This document shows positions 59,838 through 64,000 of a stretch of DNA of 64,000 nucleotides, piece after piece (within the stretch, counting starts at the first letter, position 1; each line of letters begins with the position of its first letter). The position numbers and the translations under genes are program-made. Location: positions 1 to 64,000 of the forward strand of contig JBGTGT010000011.1 of the NCBI GenBank assembly GCA_041746575.1, in the 5' to 3' direction. The DNA is from Microcystaceae cyanobacterium (GTDB lineage Bacteria > Cyanobacteriota > Cyanobacteriia > Cyanobacteriales > Microcystaceae). The notes under the pieces were generated by a model. It was not told where the DNA came from, did not search any database, and saw only the letters and a program-made list of their open reading frames with translations.

Positions 59838-61261
59838 CTATTTTGATCATCGCTTGGTTGGCTTTTCCGTTTTTATTAGGCTTTACCATCTATTTATTGC
59901 CAAAATTAGATAGAATATTGGTATTTCTCGTTGCTCTTGCCTCAGCAGGATACGCGACTGTCCTATTCTTGGAGCGATCGCCCCTGACTTGGCAATTACT
60001 ACATCAGTTTGGGGTTACCTTAGTTGCCGACACCCTAAGTGCTTATTTTATCTTGACCAACGCATTAGTAACCCTTGGCGTGGTACTTTACTGCTGGAAA
60101 GGAGATAAAACGGCTTTCTTTTATGCTCAATTGGCGATTTTACACGGGAGTGTTAATTCGGCTTTTATTTGTGCTGACTTCATTAGTTTATACGTTGCCT
60201 TAGAAGTCATTAGTATTGCGGCGTTTCTCCTGATTGCCTATCCTCGCACGGAGCGATCGCTGTGGGTCGCTTTACGTTATCTTTTTGTTAGTAATACTGC
60301 CATGCTGTTCTATCTGATGGGGGCAGTTTTAGTTTATCAAGCCCATCATTCCTTTTCTTTTGAAGGATTAAGGGGTGCGCCGACCGAGGCATTTGCGCTC
60401 ATTTTTCTGGGATTATTGGTTAAAGGTGGGATTTTTGTCTCGGGATTGTGGTTACCCCTTACCCATTCTGAATCAGAAACCCCCGTATCAGCGATGATGT
60501 CCGGCATTGTGGTCAAAGCGGGGGTGTTTCCTTTAGTCCGTTGTGCTTTATTTTTAGAAGAAATTGAGCCAATTGTCAGAATTTTTGGGGTTTTAACAGC
60601 CCTTCTAGGCGTATCCTACGCGGTTTTTGCTAAAGACACCAAACGGATGCTGGCTTTTCACACGATTTCCCAGTTAGGATTTGTTCTTGCCGCACCAGAA
60701 GTGGGGGGATTTTATGCCCTGACTCACGGATTAGTTAAATCTGCGCTGTTTTTAATTGTAGGATCGCTACCGAGCCGAAATTTTAAGGAACTACATAATA
60801 AACCTCTATCTAACAGCGTTTGGCTGGCTCTTGTTCTAGCAAGCTTTTCGATCTCTGGTTTTCCTATGTTATCAGGCTTTGGTGCCAAGGTATTAACGAT
60901 GAAAAATTTACTACCTTGGCAGATAATTGGGATGAATATTGCCGCTTTTGGCACAGCCAGTTCTTTTGCTAAGTTTATCTTTCTACCACAAAAAGGGACG
61001 ACGGAAATCAAACCCGGATTCTGGCCGGCAGTCATCGTGTTAATGGGTGGACTGTTGTTAGCGAATGGAGTGTATTACGAAGCCTACACTTTCACCAATA
61101 TTATTAAGCCTTTAGCGACAATTGGGGCGGGATGGTTCGCTTATCATCTCGTTTTCAAACGAGTCATTGTCAAATTGCCAACGGCGTGGGAACGATTTGA
61201 ACATCTGATTGGGGTCATGAGTTTGCTCTTAATTCTATTATTTTGGACGAGGTTAGCCTAA
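59834..61261 (+). CDS. mrpD: Mrp Na+/H+ antiporter subunit D
   Basis: LYVALE, KGG...WLP..H, SAMMSG..VK, KRMLAFHTISQLG, HGLVK. Confidence 0.88.
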   Translation: MTILIIAWLAFPFLLGFTIYLLPKLDRILVFLVALASAGYATVLFLERSPLTWQLLHQFGVTLVADTLSAYFILTNALVTLGVVLYCWKGDKTAFFYAQLAILHGSVNSAFICADFISLYVALEVISIAAFLLIAYPRTERSLWVALRYLFVSNTAMLFYLMGAVLVYQAHHSFSFEGLRGAPTEAFALIFLGLLVKGGIFVSGLWLPLTHSESETPVSAMMSGIVVKAGVFPLVRCALFLEEIEPIVRIFGVLTALLGVSYAVFAKDTKRMLAFHTISQLGFVLAAPEVGGFYALTHGLVKSALFLIVGSLPSRNFKELHNKPLSNSVWLALVLASFSISGFPMLSGFGAKVLTMKNLLPWQIIGMNIAAFGTASSFAKFIFLPQKGTTEIKPGFWPAVIVLMGGLLLANGVYYEAYTFTNIIKPLATIGAGWFAYHLVFKRVIVKLPTAWERFEHLIGVMSLLLILLFWTRLA

Positions 61262-61656
61262 TGGGACAGATCATTTTACGACTGATCATTTGGTTTCTGC
61301 TCACCGCAAATCTAAATGAGGCCAATATCATTATCGGTGTCTTGATTGCCTTTCTTTTGCCTCGTGGTTATCCCTCAAAAGCAACCCTCAAAGATTGGCT
61401 CAATGTATTGGGAAAAATTCTCGTAGCGATTCCCCAAGCTTACCTTGAAGCCTTTGAGATGATTTTTCGTCCCCATCACCGAGAAGAGATCATCAGAGAA
61501 CGTTGTCCCCCTCGGCGGACATCTGGCTTAATTTTTCTGGATATTTTCCTGATTACCTTTACTCCCAAGACAATTGTTCTGCGATATCACGAAGAAGGTT
61601 GGTACGAAGTTCATTATGTTCGAGCAGGGAAATCAGCAGTCAAGAGGGAAAATTAA
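61261..61656 (+). CDS. mrpE: Mrp subunit E
   Basis: ITFTPKT motif; ATG overlaps the mrpD stop. Confidence 0.82.
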   Translation: MGQIILRLIIWFLLTANLNEANIIIGVLIAFLLPRGYPSKATLKDWLNVLGKILVAIPQAYLEAFEMIFRPHHREEIIRERCPPRRTSGLIFLDIFLITFTPKTIVLRYHEEGWYEVHYVRAGKSAVKREN

Positions 61657-61660
61657 GGTG

Positions 61661-61912
61661 ATGAATACTATTCTAATGATGATGATGCTGGCCTTGCTCA
61701 TCCCTATCTACGAAGCATGGCGCAATGAAAACGTGTGGGAACGCTTGTTAGCGTTCGGCAGTGTAGCCACTAAAACAGCGATTTTGATGCTATTTATCTC
61801 GGTTTTACGCGATGACTGGATGATTGGCGTGGTGGCAGTGATTATTTTAAGCGTCGGCAATGCAGGTTTGATGTTACTGGCGCATATCTTAAAACGGATG
61901 GGAGACGTATAA
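61661..61912 (+). CDS. mrpF: Mrp subunit F
   Basis: 83-aa protein with 3 TM helices in the operon position. Confidence 0.75.
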   Translation: MNTILMMMMLALLIPIYEAWRNENVWERLLAFGSVATKTAILMLFISVLRDDWMIGVVAVIILSVGNAGLMLLAHILKRMGDV

Positions 61913-62008
61913 TCCTCAATTGGGTCATCATCTACTCCTCCGTAAAGGAGATAGGGAGATTTTTCCTTACTTTATGTTTAAAATTAACTTATTTAAACCA
62001 AATTTACT

Positions 62009-62287
62009 ATGATTAACCTATTAAGTTATGTTTGTATTGCAGTGGGTATCCTCTTTTGGTTTTGGGGAACGTCTTCTCTCCTAACCAATCGCTCGATCTT
62101 ATTCAAGCTACATAATCTGTCTGTAGCAGACACATTGGGTTCAATGGCGTTTATTTTCGGTCTTTTTCTCAAGATTCCAAAGGAATGGCCGTTATTACTA
62201 CTGGCACTTATTTCTCTCGCTCTCTGGAATACGATGTTGGGGTATGTATTGGCCTATTGTTCAGGGGGAAGGGAAAGCAATGATTGA
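62009..62287 (+). CDS. mrpG: Mrp subunit G
   Basis: KLHNLSVADTLG motif. Confidence 0.85.
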   Translation: MINLLSYVCIAVGILFWFWGTSSLLTNRSILFKLHNLSVADTLGSMAFIFGLFLKIPKEWPLLLLALISLALWNTMLGYVLAYCSGGRESND

Positions 62288-62813
62288 TAGTTATACCTAT
62301 TTTATCGTTCTACTCTTGCCTTTAACGGCATTTATGGTGATTTTTCAAAGTAATCCTTACCACGCTATTGTTTTACGGGGCATTTTAGGGGCAATGGCCG
62401 CTTTGGTTTATGCGGTGTTAGGTGCGCCGGATGTGGCGTTAACGGAGGCTTTAGTGGGGACAATGTTGGCAGTTACCCTTTATGCCATCGCTATCCGGTC
62501 TTCTTTCGTTTTACGAGTCGGAATATTGGTAAATGAAGAGAATTTAGGGCAATTACGCGATGAAGTACAAGCCGCAATCTATAAATATTATCTTCGCTTA
62601 GAATTAGTGGCTTATGCAGATACAGAGGCATTACAGCAAGCCTTAGACAATCAAGATATTCACGGAACGTACTTACACTTTCCTGACGCAACTCATCCCT
62701 ATCAGATAACAATTAGCATTCCTTACCTTTATGAAATGATCAAAGCAGAATTGGCTTCATCCACAACCCACCTAACCTTAGTCAGTCCGAGCTATTCGGA
62801 GGGCAAAAAATAA
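62280..62813 (+). CDS. DUF4040 Mrp subunit (homologous to the MrpA C-terminal part)
   Basis: LGAPDVALTEALVG motif; overlaps the mrpG stop. Confidence 0.85.
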   Translation: MIDSYTYFIVLLLPLTAFMVIFQSNPYHAIVLRGILGAMAALVYAVLGAPDVALTEALVGTMLAVTLYAIAIRSSFVLRVGILVNEENLGQLRDEVQAAIYKYYLRLELVAYADTEALQQALDNQDIHGTYLHFPDATHPYQITISIPYLYEMIKAELASSTTHLTLVSPSYSEGKK

Positions 62814-63475
62814 TGAAATGGGTTTATTCAAGCGCAGGATTAGCCTTATTTATAAAAATGGTAATTTTACCTAACCCGTCGCCCGATTTCGACGGAAACG
62901 CTATCGTTAGAGCGATCGTACAAGAAAGTGGAGTTATTAACGCCGTTTCAGCTATTATTTTTTATTATCGTCTCTATGATACGATTTTTGAGGTCATTGT
63001 TTTCACGATCGCTATTTTAGGAGTTAAGTTCCTGTTAGCAAATGAAGCTCCCCTAGGGCAAATTTATCAGTTTAGGGACGAACCCTCGATTATTTTGGCG
63101 CGTTTGGGCGCAACAATTGCGGCCTTGGTTAGTATTGAGTTAGCCATTCGGGGACATCTGAGTCCGGGGGGAGGATTCGCAGCTGGGGTAGCTGGAGGAA
63201 CGGCTATTGGTTTAATTGCTATTACATCTTCGCCAGAATGGATGCGCTCAATTTATCAGCGTTGGCACGCAGCCACCGCCGAAAAAATCTCCGTTCTTTT
63301 GTTTATTCTTCTCTCGGTGATAACTTTATGGGGATTTGAATTCCCCCTAGGAGAAGTAGGAACGTTGCTCAGTGGTGGAGTGATTCCTCTCCTTAATATT
63401 CTAGTCGCTCTTAAAGTGGCTTTGGGATCGTGGGCGGTCATTTTGATTTTTATTCGCTATCGGGGATTATTATGA
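62813..63475 (+). CDS. mrpB: Mrp subunit B
   Basis: NAVSAI...RLYDTIFE and GHLSPGGGFAAG. Confidence 0.88.
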   Translation: MKWVYSSAGLALFIKMVILPNPSPDFDGNAIVRAIVQESGVINAVSAIIFYYRLYDTIFEVIVFTIAILGVKFLLANEAPLGQIYQFRDEPSIILARLGATIAALVSIELAIRGHLSPGGGFAAGVAGGTAIGLIAITSSPEWMRSIYQRWHAATAEKISVLLFILLSVITLWGFEFPLGEVGTLLSGGVIPLLNILVALKVALGSWAVILIFIRYRGLL

Positions 63476-63639
63476 GCGATCAATCAGAGAAATTAAAGCA
63501 TAGTCGGGGTTTTAAGTCTATATTCTCCCTTATACGTTGATAGATTGACTCAAACCCTATCATCATGTTATTATGTATAGCTTACACTCCTCACCTCTCA
63601 ACTAAAAAAAGTAAAACTATTTGGTTAACGAGGTTTTTT

Positions 63640-64000
63640 ATGATTGTTTTCTGGCGATCTTCTTTGGGTATCTTATCCCTGTGTTTATTAACAGCATTAT
63701 CCGTCCATTTGCCTGTATTTGCCGATTCCATTCAAGACACGTTACGGGTGCAAAACACTGACAGTGTATCTGGACAACTGACAGAAGAAAGTATTAAAAA
63801 CGCCCTTGCGATGATGGAGAAAGCGAGAGAACAAAAGGATGTTAAAATGGTCTTGAAATATATTGCTCCTTTTGCTTATTCGACAGTGATTACAGAAGTG
63901 GATAATACTGTAATTACTATTAATCTAAATGGCGAGTTAGAGCATCAGGAATTTTTGAGTAATACTTATCAAAAAATTAAAAATCGTAAAATCCTTGATA
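63640..64000 (+). CDS. Exported protein, partial (runs off the window), possibly NTF2-like
   Basis: GAGG RBS; MIVFWRSSLGILSLCLLTALSVHLPVFA signal peptide; frame open to the window end. Confidence 0.65.
   Translation, partial: MIVFWRSSLGILSLCLLTALSVHLPVFADSIQDTLRVQNTDSVSGQLTEESIKNALAMMEKAREQKDVKMVLKYIAPFAYSTVITEVDNTVITINLNGELEHQEFLSNTYQKIKNRKILD

Overview
Chromosomal window from a cyanobacterium, probably a unicellular Chroococcales-type strain. The basis is over 30 HIP1 octamers (GCGATCGC, counted by eye), psaL-psaI, dnaK3-dnaJ, groEL2 with a perfect CIRCE, and the ogdA/ssaD TCA-bypass pair. Most of it is scattered housekeeping DNA: purK, cysK, mtnA, sfsA, clpB, ureG, tmk, cobJ, cobH, ruvC, malic enzyme, shc, initiator tRNA-fMet and a 7-gene mrp Na+/H+ antiporter operon preceded by an NdhR/CcmR-type ATAG-N8-CTAT box. 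Accessory or decayed DNA includes an IS630 remnant truncated at a HIP1 site, a 195-bp MITE with an 8-bp target duplication that splits an ACT-domain gene, DUF29/DUF389/DUF6887 remnants, an AT-rich membrane glycosyltransferase-like gene next to a sugar C-methyltransferase, and a lone Gp157-like gene. I see no CRISPR array, prophage or clearly new multi-gene system. The best leads are (1) the MITE and its G-run/hairpin core, (2) an intergenic array of six helically phased TTAACTTC boxes plus a palindrome of the same box near 39.3-39.5 kb, (3) a two-GAF cyanobacteriochrome diguanylate cyclase with an atypical NHCF motif, (4) an orphan ATP synthase protein I next to shc, and (5) two apparent pseudoenzymes. 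All family assignments are by motif recognition; no database searches were run.
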